A DNA stretch of 64,000 nucleotides from a candidate division FCPU426 bacterium (GTDB lineage Bacteria > Oederibacteriota > Muellerivitia > Muellerivitales > Muellerivitaceae), in the NCBI GenBank assembly GCA_963796105.1, contig CAWCKJ010000004.1, positions 256,001 through 320,000 of the forward strand. The letters run 5' to 3'. The notes under the pieces were generated by a model. The model was not told the origin of the DNA and made no database searches. It was given only the letters and a program-made list of their open reading frames with translations. Shown in pieces: positions 8,155-18,008 of this stretch. Both the position numbers and the translations under genes were made by a program. Positions within the stretch are counted from its first letter, which is position 1; every line of letters begins with the position of its first letter.

Positions 8155-9138
8155 ATGCTTCTGTATTAAGTGACCCTTGAAATAAAGGAATACATAGGTA
8201 TACTGTCCGCTACGGGAGGTGGTACATGAGCTACCAGCGGATGAAAAGCATTAAAATTCTGAGGAAAATCCACACGGAAGAAGAAGCCCGCCAATGGGTG
8301 TGGAGATGCCGTTTCGGCGGGAAAGACTTTGTTTGTCCCCAATGTGAGGGCGAAAGCTTCTGGCAACACCAGGCCAAGCCTGAAGTGAGGGAATGTGACT
8401 ATTGCCGGAAACGTCTTCGGCTTCGCGCCGGGACGATTTTTGAAAGCTCCAAGCTGCCTCTTTTAACCTGGGTCAGGGCCATCAGTTTGATGATGCAGGG
8501 CAAACGGGGTATTTCGGCCCTGGAACTGAAGCGGCATTTAAATCTTTCGGATCATTCGGCATGGCTTCTATTGCATAAGATCCGGGAAGGTCTTAGGCAA
8601 AAGGACGAAAGCTATACTCTAAAGGGCGTCATTGAGTTGGATGGGGCGGTTTTTGGGAAAAAGGCCAAGGAAAACCAAGTGGAAGTCTTGGTGGCGGTGG
8701 AAAGCAAGGAATGGGTGGATGAGAATGGTTGCAAGAAGGAAAAAGCGGGTTTTGCCAAGGTGAAGGTAGCTATGGAAACCAAGTGGGAGAGCCAGGAATT
8801 CGTGAATCAGACTATGGAAAAAGGCTCTTTCCTCAACACAGATGCTTCGCCAGCCTTGCGTGAACTCAAAGGAGTGGAGGCAGACTACCGGGTGATGGCC
8901 AATGACCCGAAAGAGTTGGAAAGTTGGTTGCCCTGGGTACACCGGTTCATTTCCAACGCCAAGGCCTGGATCATTGGAACTCATCATGGCGTTGATGCTA
9001 AGTATTTAGGCCGGTATCTAAGTGAATATGCCTATCGGTTCAACCGTCGTCATGATCCCGATTCCTTATTTCACCGTGCTTTGACCGCATGTGCCTTAGC
9101 AAAACCCATTACAGCACGGTCACTTTGTGCATAAGCAT
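8155..9138 (+). mobile_element. IS1595-family insertion sequence
   Basis: Imperfect IRs ATGCTTCTGTATTAAGTGAC / GTCACTTTGTGCATAAGCAT; flanking direct repeat AGCTTTTTCC (8145-8154 and 9139-9148). Confidence 0.85.
8226..9134 (+). CDS. IS1595-family transposase
   Basis: CPQC...CDYC zinc ribbon, AGTIFESSKLPL, IELDGA, GTHHGV...YLSEYAYRFNRR. Confidence 0.95.
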   Translation: MSYQRMKSIKILRKIHTEEEARQWVWRCRFGGKDFVCPQCEGESFWQHQAKPEVRECDYCRKRLRLRAGTIFESSKLPLLTWVRAISLMMQGKRGISALELKRHLNLSDHSAWLLLHKIREGLRQKDESYTLKGVIELDGAVFGKKAKENQVEVLVAVESKEWVDENGCKKEKAGFAKVKVAMETKWESQEFVNQTMEKGSFLNTDASPALRELKGVEADYRVMANDPKELESWLPWVHRFISNAKAWIIGTHHGVDAKYLGRYLSEYAYRFNRRHDPDSLFHRALTACALAKPITARSLCA

Positions 9139-9164
9139 AGCTTTTTCCGTTTGAAAAGGGGGAT

Positions 9165-9503
9165 TTAAATCTTCGTCAAATCCGCTTCTTGAAACATCCT
9201 GCGGAATGGGACACCTAAGGCTCGGGCGAGCTTTTGCACGATCTTTACGGAGGTATTGTACTTATCCGAAAAAGATTCAATGTAAGTGATGACTCTTTTG
9301 GCCACCCCGGCGCGGGAAGCAAGTTCCGCCTGGCTCCATCCTTTTTCTCCACGTAGTTCAATGATGTTGTACGCCAAACAAGCCAGCGGTTCCGGCTCTT
9401 TCAAGGCCTTATAGGCTTCTGGTTTTCTTTTTTTTAGTTCCTTCAAGTAATCTTCGTGGCTGGTGCCTAGCGTTTCGGTACTCTGCCGGTGTTGCGTTTT
9501 CAT
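9165..9503 (-). CDS. XRE HTH protein, HigA-like antitoxin
   Basis: NIIELRGEKGWSQAELASRAGV HTH, downstream of a toxin-like gene. Confidence 0.8.
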   Translation of the reverse strand: MKTQHRQSTETLGTSHEDYLKELKKRKPEAYKALKEPEPLACLAYNIIELRGEKGWSQAELASRAGVAKRVITYIESFSDKYNTSVKIVQKLARALGVPFRRMFQEADLTKI

Positions 9504-9527
9504 AAATTCTCCTATTCCCCGCTATGT

Positions 9528-9821
9528 TTAACCGTTTTCTATCTCTTTGATATATCTCTCAACCGCCTTATTCTCGGCCGGGCCCGGTTCTCCTTTGCGA
9601 TCCAAATGAGCCGCAAGAACATAAAGAGTATCTTTCCCGTCGTAATAGTAATAAACGATTATGGCTTCACCATCTTGGGTTTCTAGTGATCGCTCAAATT
9701 TACCCGCTTCTTTGGCCTCCCCTTCGATCTGCTTGTATTGAAGCGCCTGTTTAACAATTTCCCTTGGGCCATAATGCTTCCATGTAAATTCTTTGAAGAA
9801 AGGTTTCAGCTCAATCTTCAT
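9528..9821 (-). CDS. Putative RelE/HigB-like toxin (divergent)
   Basis: ~97 aa, MKIELKPFF start, IIVYYYYD...LYVLAAH strands, toxin-before-HTH order. Confidence 0.55.
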   Translation of the reverse strand: MKIELKPFFKEFTWKHYGPREIVKQALQYKQIEGEAKEAGKFERSLETQDGEAIIVYYYYDGKDTLYVLAAHLDRKGEPGPAENKAVERYIKEIENG

Positions 9822-9862
9822 TTTTGGTTTACCATCCAAAAGCCAAAATTTACTATATTCCA

Positions 9863-9891
9863 AGTATATAGCATTATAATGCTACTTTCAA
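9863..9891 (-). promoter_or_regulatory. Sigma70 promoter of the TA pair with an operator palindrome
   Basis: TTGAAA-17 bp-TATACT on the minus strand; the spacer holds the perfect palindrome TAGCATTATAATGCTA (9869-9884). Confidence 0.75.
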
Positions 9892-10149
9892 GAACCTAAA
9901 TAAAACCGCAAAAATGATCGTACGGGAAGGATCCCCGCCGCGGACAAGGCTTGATCCCCATTTTCATTAATTACTCAGGAAATTTCTGTTTTATCAACAA
10001 ATCCCATCGCAACTAATCCCAATTTTTTCGGGAAAACCGACTACCGCTGAAAACAAGTGGAATTTTAAACTCTAAATCCTTCGATGAAACCTGTGGGCAG
10101 GGCTACCGATACCTTTGGGCATGGGATTCTTGGAGAAAAATTCGACCCC

Positions 10150-10374
10150 CTACGCTGGCTTCTCGTCCATCCCTTGGCGTTTAATGCCGCTCCCGAAGTC
10201 ATCCGTGAATTGATCCAGGGATTTTTCAAGAATTTCCCACCCTTTGCCCCGGGGAAACAAAACCAACAAATCGCCGATCCTGTTGATGACAACCTCTTTG
10301 GAACCGAACCGAAATTCCTTCGGCATTCGGACGGCCTGGCTCCTACCCATTTGAAAAACTTTAGCTGTATTCAT
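10150..10374 (-). CDS. vapB: VapB/VagC (AbrB-type) antitoxin, orphan
   Basis: [21 protein letters not shown] motif; no PIN gene downstream. Confidence 0.85.
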   Translation of the reverse strand: MNTAKVFQMGRSQAVRMPKEFRFGSKEVVINRIGDLLVLFPRGKGWEILEKSLDQFTDDFGSGIKRQGMDEKPA

Positions 10375-10413
10375 GTAAAAACCTCTCTGGTATATACAAA
10401 TACGGATGTCAAA

Positions 10414-11460
10414 TTACTGTTTTTTCGGCTGGGGCCACTGGTCCTTAGGAACGTCCTTATAGACTTCCTCCATCTTCTGGAATCCGTCCGCGATAACCGT
10501 GTCCACCATGTTGTCCTTGGTGACCGGGATAGGGTCCAGGAAATAGCTGGGCACGTCCTTCTTCCCATTGTTGGTGGTGAGGGCGCTGGGCGGCATGGGT
10601 TCGTGCTTGGCGAGCTTCACCGCGATCTCGGCCGCCTTGGCGGCCAGGTACCTGACGGGCTTATAAACTGTCACGGTCTGGGTGCCGGCCACGATCCTCT
10701 GGCAGGCCGCCAGCTCCGCGTCCTGGCCAGAGACCAGGACTTTTCCCGCCAGCTTCTGCTCGGCCAGGGCCTGGATGCTCCCCCCCGCAGTCCCGTCGTA
10801 GGAATCCACCACCGCGTCCACCTTGTTGTCGGTTCGCGTGAGGATGTTTTCCATGTTCTTCAGGGCGTTCACGGCCAGCCAGTCGTTGGACCACTGGTCC
10901 CCCACGATCTTGATGTCGCCCTTCTTCACCAGGGGGTCCAGGATGTTCCTCTGGCCCTTCCTAAGCAATATGGCGTTGTAGTCGGTCGGCGCCCCGCCCA
11001 TGAGAACGTAATTCCCCTTGGGCTTGAGGTTGACCAGGGTGGAGGCCTGTAGTTCCCCCACCTTGATGTTGTCGAAGGAAACGTAAGCGTCCACTTCCTC
11101 GTCGAGGATCAAACGGTCGTAGGAAACCACCGGCACGCTCATCTTATGCGCAGCCGCCACCAGCGTGGCGCAGCTCTTGGCGTTGTGGGGAACAATCACC
11201 AGGCACTGGATTCCCTCGGTGAGGAGGTTCTCCCCCTGGGAATTCTGGAGGGTGTCGTTGGAGTCGGCGCACTGCACCAGGACGTCGGCGCCCAGCTCCC
11301 GGCACTTGGCCGTGAAAACGTCCCGGTCCTGGGCCCAGCGGGGAGCCCGCAAGGTGTCCATGGTCAAACCGATCTTCAGGGTGTATTTATTCTTATGCCC
11401 GCAACCGGCCAGAAGTAAAATTCCGAGTCCCAAGACCGCAATGAGTTTTATTCCTCGCAT
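10414..11460 (-). CDS. xylF: D-xylose ABC transporter substrate-binding lipoprotein
   Basis: RWAQDRDVF, SYDRLI, YVSFDNIKVGELQA, GAPTDYNA, SGQDAELAACQRIVAGTQTVTVYKP; LLAGC lipobox. Confidence 0.9.
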   Translation of the reverse strand: MRGIKLIAVLGLGILLLAGCGHKNKYTLKIGLTMDTLRAPRWAQDRDVFTAKCRELGADVLVQCADSNDTLQNSQGENLLTEGIQCLVIVPHNAKSCATLVAAAHKMSVPVVSYDRLILDEEVDAYVSFDNIKVGELQASTLVNLKPKGNYVLMGGAPTDYNAILLRKGQRNILDPLVKKGDIKIVGDQWSNDWLAVNALKNMENILTRTDNKVDAVVDSYDGTAGGSIQALAEQKLAGKVLVSGQDAELAACQRIVAGTQTVTVYKPVRYLAAKAAEIAVKLAKHEPMPPSALTTNNGKKDVPSYFLDPIPVTKDNMVDTVIADGFQKMEEVYKDVPKDQWPQPKKQ

Positions 11461-11544
11461 TTTCTTCTCCTTTAAAATCCGTTTCACCACAGATCCCCCC
11501 GTGGACAAACCATTTTTACTTTTTGGGAAGGGGTTCTAATGGGA

Positions 11545-11946
11545 TTAATTCAAGAAATCATGAATGCTTAGCGCCCATTTCCCGCCCACTCTCCTTAAAG
11601 CTTTGTCCTCAGTTACCAATGGGACATCCAGCATATGGGCCAAAGCCAGGTATTGGGCATCATAAAAACTAATTTTTTTCTCCGCGGCGAGTTGAAGGGT
11701 TAGGTCGGATTCGGCCTGCATTTCACCCGGGATAAAAACCCCTTTGGCCGTTTGGAATAATTGAGCCGCCATCTTTGGGGTTAAATGCTTCTGATGGATC
11801 ATCAAGGCCAATGCGTTTCCAAACTCGTATTCCCAAAGCGGGGAGGTCCGCCAGTCAGGATCTTTTTCCTGTAAGCGTAATGCCGAAGCGGTCATTTCCC
11901 CTTCCACTATCCGGTAAACCAGTATATTGGCGTCCACCACGATCAT
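11545..11946 (-). CDS. vapC: PIN-domain VapC toxin
   Basis: MIVVDANIL, SFYDAQYLALA and LVTED PIN motifs. Confidence 0.9.
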   Translation of the reverse strand: MIVVDANILVYRIVEGEMTASALRLQEKDPDWRTSPLWEYEFGNALALMIHQKHLTPKMAAQLFQTAKGVFIPGEMQAESDLTLQLAAEKKISFYDAQYLALAHMLDVPLVTEDKALRRVGGKWALSIHDFLN

Positions 11947-12161
11947 TGGCGGCCCCATCGCTTTGCATGATCCAGCCATTCATTGGTAGGCCGGAATTTC
12001 AATTTCACCGGCGGAGGAAGCCGGCCGATGCCAGGCCTTCCCAAAGCCTGTTCCAAAATAGAGACCGCTTGTTTGTTCATGGAGCGGTGATTGAGTTCGG
12101 CCTGCTCTTTCAATTTTTTCCGGAGATTCTCGGGAATGTTTTTAATCAATAGGCTCGACAT
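11943..12161 (-). CDS. Arc/FitA-like ribbon-helix-helix antitoxin
   Basis: LLIKNIPENLRKKLKEQAELNHRSMN; ATGA overlap with the PIN toxin. Confidence 0.85.
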   Translation of the reverse strand: MSSLLIKNIPENLRKKLKEQAELNHRSMNKQAVSILEQALGRPGIGRLPPPVKLKFRPTNEWLDHAKRWGRQ

Positions 12162-12293
12162 GGACCCCTCCACCCGCAAGATACCATTAAGATACCGTTA
12201 TGGTATCCCTTTGTCAATTTCCTTTTGTCCCATGCCCCTGCGCCAAGCCTGGGGCTGGGCGCTCCCCGCCGAACTCCGTGTTAAATGTTTTTG

Positions 12294-14525
12294 CTATTTG
12301 ACCTCGATGGGTCCCAAGGGGCCCTCGTACAATCCCGCGCCGCCGGGGCCGTTGTAATTCCGGATGGCGATGACGTTTTCCCCGCCGAAATGGACCAAAC
12401 CCGCCGGTACCTCGTAATGCCTCTCCTTGTTCCAGGCCGTGTCGTAGTTGGGGGGCAATTTTCCCATACGCCCGATTTCCTTGCCGTTGAGGTAGCTGAA
12501 ATCCACGTCGTCGATCTTGCCCAAGGGGATGACCAGGGAATGCCCTTTCCACTCCGCAGGAATCACCACCTTCTTGCGGTACCAGCCGAAACATTGTTCG
12601 CATTTGTAATTGGAATGGTCCTCCCAACTGGCGGGAAGTTTCACTTTTTCCCAATCCTTCTCATCCAGGTCGGGTTTAGACCAGGTGGGGTCGTCCCCCC
12701 TATGGAAAAGCCACTCCCCTGAAAGGTCCATGGCTGGCAGGGCCGCCTTGGACGCGAAAGCCGGATATCCATCCGTTTCCACGGACACGTGGTAGATCCC
12801 CGCATTGGGCATTTCGCTTTTGATTTCCACCCTGCCTGTGGCCAGCGGCGCGACCGTAACCTCCTCGGAAGCAACCTCTTTCCCGTCAACTAAAAGGGTC
12901 ACGGATTTCACCAGGTCGGTATCCTCATAATTCTGGAAAGAGGCGGAGCCTGTCAGGGTCTGTCCCTGGGCCTGAACCTCGGTTCCTCCCATGCAAGCCC
13001 CTTTCAGGACCGCCTTATAAACCACGGGCATGACTCCCTTTTTAGGCGGGTTCGGAAGCACCAGGGCCTGGTCATTCCTTTCCCATTTGATCTTCTCGTC
13101 CGATCCCAGCAGGGATACCTCATCAATCACCAGGGCTGGCGAGGCTTTCTTGCCCAGCATCGCGGCCTTGATGGAATGGGTCGGGGGCAGGAGCGAGAGG
13201 ATATAGAGGGTGTTGCCCTTGAGTGTGAAGCGGATATCGCCTTCCTTGTAGTCGCCGCCCTCGGAGAATTTCCCCCCCTGTTCCTGGGTCGGGCCCTCGC
13301 CGAAGGTAACCCAGGGCCTGGTGCCGTAGATGGCCTCGCCGTTCGCCTTCAGCCATTGGCCCATGTCGAGAAGAACCTCTTCCTCTTCCTTCGGGATGGT
13401 TCCGTCGGGTTTCGGGCCGATATCCAACAGCAGGTTCCCGTTCTTGCTGACGATATCCACGAGGTTTCGCACCAACAGGTCGGCTTTCTTGTAATGGTCG
13501 TCCTTCAAGTATCCCCAGGAGCCGTAGCTGATGGTGGTGTCGGTCTGCCAGGGCTCGGGATTGATGCCGGTAAGTTTGCCCTTCTCCACGTCCATGACGG
13601 AAGTCCCCTTGACGTAGGCCTTGTCCTTGGTGTTGAGGACCGACCAATTCTTCCTCTGGGCCGCGCGGTCGTAATAATAGGCCGTGAACTTATCCAGGTA
13701 GGGCTTGAACACCGGCTTCTCGCCGACCCACCAGTCGAAATACACCACTTGGGGATGGTACTTGTCCACCAGCTCGCAGGAGCGGGCCAGCCAGTTGCGC
13801 AGGTACTTGTCGTCGGGGACGGTGTTGTCGGGCTCCGCCGGGCCGTAGAACTCAGCGTACTTGGGGTCCTTCACGTCGGAATCGAACTTCATCCCGCCGT
13901 TCATGAACCACCAATGCTCGGCCCGGTGCGAGGAAAGTCCGAAGACCAGCCCGGCTTTCCTGACGGCCTTGGCTAGGTCCCCGATCACGTCCCGCTTGGG
14001 GCCCATTTTCTTGGCGGTCCAGTTGGAAAAATCCGAGTTGTAGAGGGCGAAACCGTCGTGATGTTCCGCCACGGGAACCACGTACCTGGCCCCGGCTTCC
14101 TTGAAGACATCGGCCCAATGGTCCGGATCGTAGTTCTCGGCCTTGAACATGGGGATGAAATCCTTGTAGCCGAATTTCGATTGGGGACCGTAGGTGGCCA
14201 CGTGGTGCTTGAAGGCGTCGTCGCCCTCCTGGTACATGTTGCGCGAGTACCATTCGTTGGCGTAGGCTGGAACCGAATAGAGGCCCCAATGGATGAAGAT
14301 GCCGAACTTGGCGTCGCGGTACCATTGGGGCACCTGGTATTTTTTCAGGGATTCCAGATTGTCCCGGAACAATCCGTGACGGACAACATTGTTTACTGCC
14401 TGGACCTTCTGGTCGACTTTCCTCTTTTGAGCCGCCGATTCCCAATTAGCGCCCATGGCGAGTCCCGTGACAGCCAGGATGATGGCGGATAATGTTAAAA
14501 CCGGTTTCATTTTTACTGAGTTCAT
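12294..14525 (-). CDS. Secreted GH29 alpha-L-fucosidase with C-terminal Ig-like and jelly-roll sugar-binding domains
   Basis: WYRDAKFGIFIHWGLYSVP, AEHHDGF, VYFDWW, DIVSKNGNLLLDIGP, NGEAIYGTRPW; C-terminal LSGEWLF...GWYRK...LGKIDD. Confidence 0.92.
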   Translation of the reverse strand: MNSVKMKPVLTLSAIILAVTGLAMGANWESAAQKRKVDQKVQAVNNVVRHGLFRDNLESLKKYQVPQWYRDAKFGIFIHWGLYSVPAYANEWYSRNMYQEGDDAFKHHVATYGPQSKFGYKDFIPMFKAENYDPDHWADVFKEAGARYVVPVAEHHDGFALYNSDFSNWTAKKMGPKRDVIGDLAKAVRKAGLVFGLSSHRAEHWWFMNGGMKFDSDVKDPKYAEFYGPAEPDNTVPDDKYLRNWLARSCELVDKYHPQVVYFDWWVGEKPVFKPYLDKFTAYYYDRAAQRKNWSVLNTKDKAYVKGTSVMDVEKGKLTGINPEPWQTDTTISYGSWGYLKDDHYKKADLLVRNLVDIVSKNGNLLLDIGPKPDGTIPKEEEEVLLDMGQWLKANGEAIYGTRPWVTFGEGPTQEQGGKFSEGGDYKEGDIRFTLKGNTLYILSLLPPTHSIKAAMLGKKASPALVIDEVSLLGSDEKIKWERNDQALVLPNPPKKGVMPVVYKAVLKGACMGGTEVQAQGQTLTGSASFQNYEDTDLVKSVTLLVDGKEVASEEVTVAPLATGRVEIKSEMPNAGIYHVSVETDGYPAFASKAALPAMDLSGEWLFHRGDDPTWSKPDLDEKDWEKVKLPASWEDHSNYKCEQCFGWYRKKVVIPAEWKGHSLVIPLGKIDDVDFSYLNGKEIGRMGKLPPNYDTAWNKERHYEVPAGLVHFGGENVIAIRNYNGPGGAGLYEGPLGPIEVK

Positions 14526-14792
14526 AAAACCCTCCTGAGATTTTTTCGCCCATAAGTTGGTAAATCCGGTGGCCTGAAATGAGAGGCCTATTATCGTTTT
14601 TAAAAGGAAAGGCTGTCAAAAAGAATATCAGGGGGAAAGATCAATCAAACCACAGAGTTAATGGAGTTACACGGGGTAAAAAGTTATATGAAAGATTGGC
14701 ATGTAGCTAAAGACTATTTAGGACAGGTGTGAATGGGAATAAACAATCAACGCGGGTTGAAACTGGTTTGATTTTCCAAATGAAAGAAAACG

Positions 14793-17717
14793 TTACCGCA
14801 AGACCAGGAGTTTCAGGACATAACTGTCGCGAACAGTCGTTACCCGGACAAAGTATAAGCCGTTGGACAAGGGTGCTCCCCAGTTGTCCACGACACTTAA
14901 CACGACTTTTCCGCTCGCCGGCACGCGGGGCACGATGAGATCCCGGATCTTCCGGTAATTGGTTGTAAGGACTTGGACTTTCACCTCGGAGCCGGAAGCT
15001 ACTTTCTTGATTGGCCCATTGTTTCCTGGTTTCACTGCCTGGATCTCCAGGGAAGAGGGGCTCAGTTGGATCGTGACTGATCCAGAGGTTTGGACCGGGT
15101 TCGGGTAAAGCTCCATCATGGAGTTTCCGCTGCTTGAGCCTCCCATGGGTGTATCCGTTGGGGTAGCGGTTCCAGTTGAAACCAACGTTTCAGTGGGTGT
15201 GAGGGTCGAAGTTGCGGAAGAGCCATTATCAATAGGAGAAGGAGTTGGGGTAAGAGTTGAAGTGGGTGAATTCGTAGGTGTCAGAGTTGTTGTAAAGGTA
15301 GGGGTAAGGGTCGGCGTGGGTGTAAACGTTGGGGTGACTGTATAGGTTGGAGTAATAAAAATGGTTGGAGTCGAAGTGGGGGTTGCCGTAAAGGTGGGGG
15401 TATAAGTCGAGGTGGGTAAGGGAGCGGGGTTATAAAAATCCCCCGCGTCAAATTTTGCAATAAAACCGTCTTGAAGGCCCAAAGAATAACAAGCCGTCTG
15501 ATAAACCCCGCTGGTCGCGGGAAATCCTCCCTCATCTTCTCCAGTTATATAGACATTACCCGAACCGTCTAAAGCAATACCTCCGAGTGGTAAAGGTCCG
15601 CCAGTTGCCCCGCTGCCCATAAATGTTGAATAGAACAACGCGCTTCCATCGGCATTCAGCTCTGTCAAAAATGCATCCGCTTCATTAACCGCATTAAATG
15701 AGGTTTGAAAGGCCCCGCTGGTCGTGGGAAAATCACTTGAACCAGTAACACCCGTTATATAAGCGTTCCCCGATCCATCCACTGTAATTCCGTAACCCAT
15801 ATCATAGTACATTCCAGTTCCGGCCAAAAAAGTCGAGTAAATCAAAGAACTTCCATCAGCGCTCAATTTCGTCACAAAAGGCGCGGTAATTGATGGCTCC
15901 TCAAGTATTCCACCCGGATAAGCCGTCTGAAATGCGCCGCTGGAAAATCTATTGATGATGTAAAACCCGTCACATAAGCGCACCCTGACCCATCCACCGC
16001 GATTCCATAGCCCCAATCCTGATAGCTGCCTCCTAAATAGGTCGAATAAACCAAATCACTCGCGTCGCCACCCGCCGGATTCAGTTTCATAACAAAAACA
16101 TTTTCACCACCAGCCGTATAATAATTACCTAAAGCGGTCTGAAAGGCCCCACTTGTTGTTGGAAATCCTTGCGCGGCATATCCAGTTATATAAGCGTTTC
16201 CCGACCCATCCAACGCAATACCATTAGCTCCAATCCAAGCGCTCCCCCCAATATAAGTTGAATAGAGCAAATTGGTTCCAGAGGAATTCAGTTTTACAAA
16301 AAAACAACCGCCGGAAGTTGTTTGATACGCTCCGTTAGTCGTAGGAAAATCGGCTGACGCAGCGCCAACAACATATGCGTTTCCCGATCCATCCAATGCG
16401 ATTCCTGAACAACTACCACTCAGATAAGTTGAATAAACCAAGCCGTTTCCTAAGGCATTTATCTTTGTCAAGAAGCCACTCCCCGGCGCTGTCTGATAGA
16501 CCCCACTGGTAGTAGGGAAATCCGTTGAATTCGAGCTGCCTGTCACATAAGCATTTCCCGCACCGTCCAACGCAATACCATTGCCAATATCGCCTCCGCT
16601 ACCGCCCAGATAAGTTGAGTAAACCAAATCGGTACCCGAAGAATTCATCTCTGTAATAAATACGCAATCGTTTCCACTAATCATGCCGTTATTAACAGTC
16701 TGATAAGCCCCACTGGTAATAGGAAACCCTCCGGTGGTCCATCCAGTTACATAAGCGTTTCCAGAACCATCCACCGCGATACCTCGAACCCCATCCTGCC
16801 CGTTCCCGCCAAGATAGGTTGAATAATCCAATTGGGGGTCAATCACCAGAGGCAAGGTCTTGTCATAGATCCCCACAATGAAACTAATTTTCTGGTCCGA
16901 TCCCATTTCATAGCGGCCCTCCACCGGGATTGTTTGGCCGTCTTTCATCTGATATACCGTCGGGGAGGTGAATGGCACATTTCCCTTGTTCATGTGAAAC
17001 TGTAAGTTCCCTTGCCCGTCCACTTCAGCGTTCTGGGCGCCCTCGTAGCTAAATTTGATGACTTTCGGGTCAGCTCCCGGCTTCACCACGAAATCGTACT
17101 CCAACTTTCTTTGATTGCCGTAATACACCATATCCACACCGGGATAAACATCCTTCATCTTCACCTTGGCATAGTGGGCTATGTCAGTGTGCCACTTCGA
17201 ATGGTCATTCCCGATGAAGTAATTGCTCTTACCCGGCAACTCGTCCGCCGCCTCGAACTCCGACTTTCGGTTCCCTCCCTCAAGCCTCAGCCTTAAAACC
17301 TCCTGGGGTGCGGTTTTGAGTATGTCTTTAGGCGTTTGAGGTTTTCGTCCAAAGTTTTTAGCTGAGTCTCTGAGTCCCTGTGGTGAATTGTTTTTTTCAG
17401 CCCGCTTCAAGGTGAACACCGCCTCGGCCTCTGTCAGGTAAAGGGAGTAGCCCCTTCCCTTGGTGAGGAACTTCACCTGGGGGTCTGTCTGGCCCACGTT
17501 GGGCTCAAAGTAAAGGGGGATTTGGCCGTAATTCTTGTTGAACTTAAGCGCGCGCCTTATCTACTTTGGAAGTTTTAAGGGAGGCTTTGGACTTTTGCGC
17601 CGTGGGGGTTGAACCAGGATGATTACTTGAAACCAAACCCATCCCAAAAGCCGCGATGAGTAACGCGAAAATACCGGCGTTGATGAACCTCATACCATTC
17701 CTCGATACTTTGATCAT
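14793..17717 (-). pseudogene. SBBP beta-propeller surface protein with a Thr/Pro linker and C-terminal sorting-like domain; two frameshifts
   Basis: PLYFEPNVGQTD, YSTYLGG and GIAVDGSGNAYVTG repeats; frame breaks near 17550 and near 15942 (DFPTTSGAFQ repeat missing 7 nt). Confidence 0.8.
17361..17387 (-). repeat. 27-bp REP-like repeat, copy 2, in-frame inside the SBBP gene
   Basis: Identical to 4590-4616; encodes SPQGLRDSA. Confidence 0.8.
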
Positions 17718-18008
17718 GACCTTTCTCCCGTTTGCTCAATTTCACGCAGAAAAAGTCTAGGCATACCCTGTTTCAATCTTTTAAAAGTATACCCCTGATG
17801 CTTGATAACTTCCTTGCCGGACTACCAATAAGATGTCTGCATTCCCGCAGTCAAAACCTAAAAACTGGTCTTTCTCCTACTTTATAGTGCTCAATAACAC
17901 GCGTTTATTCCCTCAATCGGGACATTTAAAAATGGTTGTTTTAAAAGGATTTATTGAAGGAATGATTAAAATGCCGTTGTTACGTTTGTTTTATTAACAA
18001 CAACATTC

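Noticed and set aside
10084..11052. Long antisense ORFs (also 13176-13976, 26791-28119, 48640-49383) and the alternate-frame ORF 31364-32506
   Set aside because: Shadow frames of GC-rich, well-supported genes
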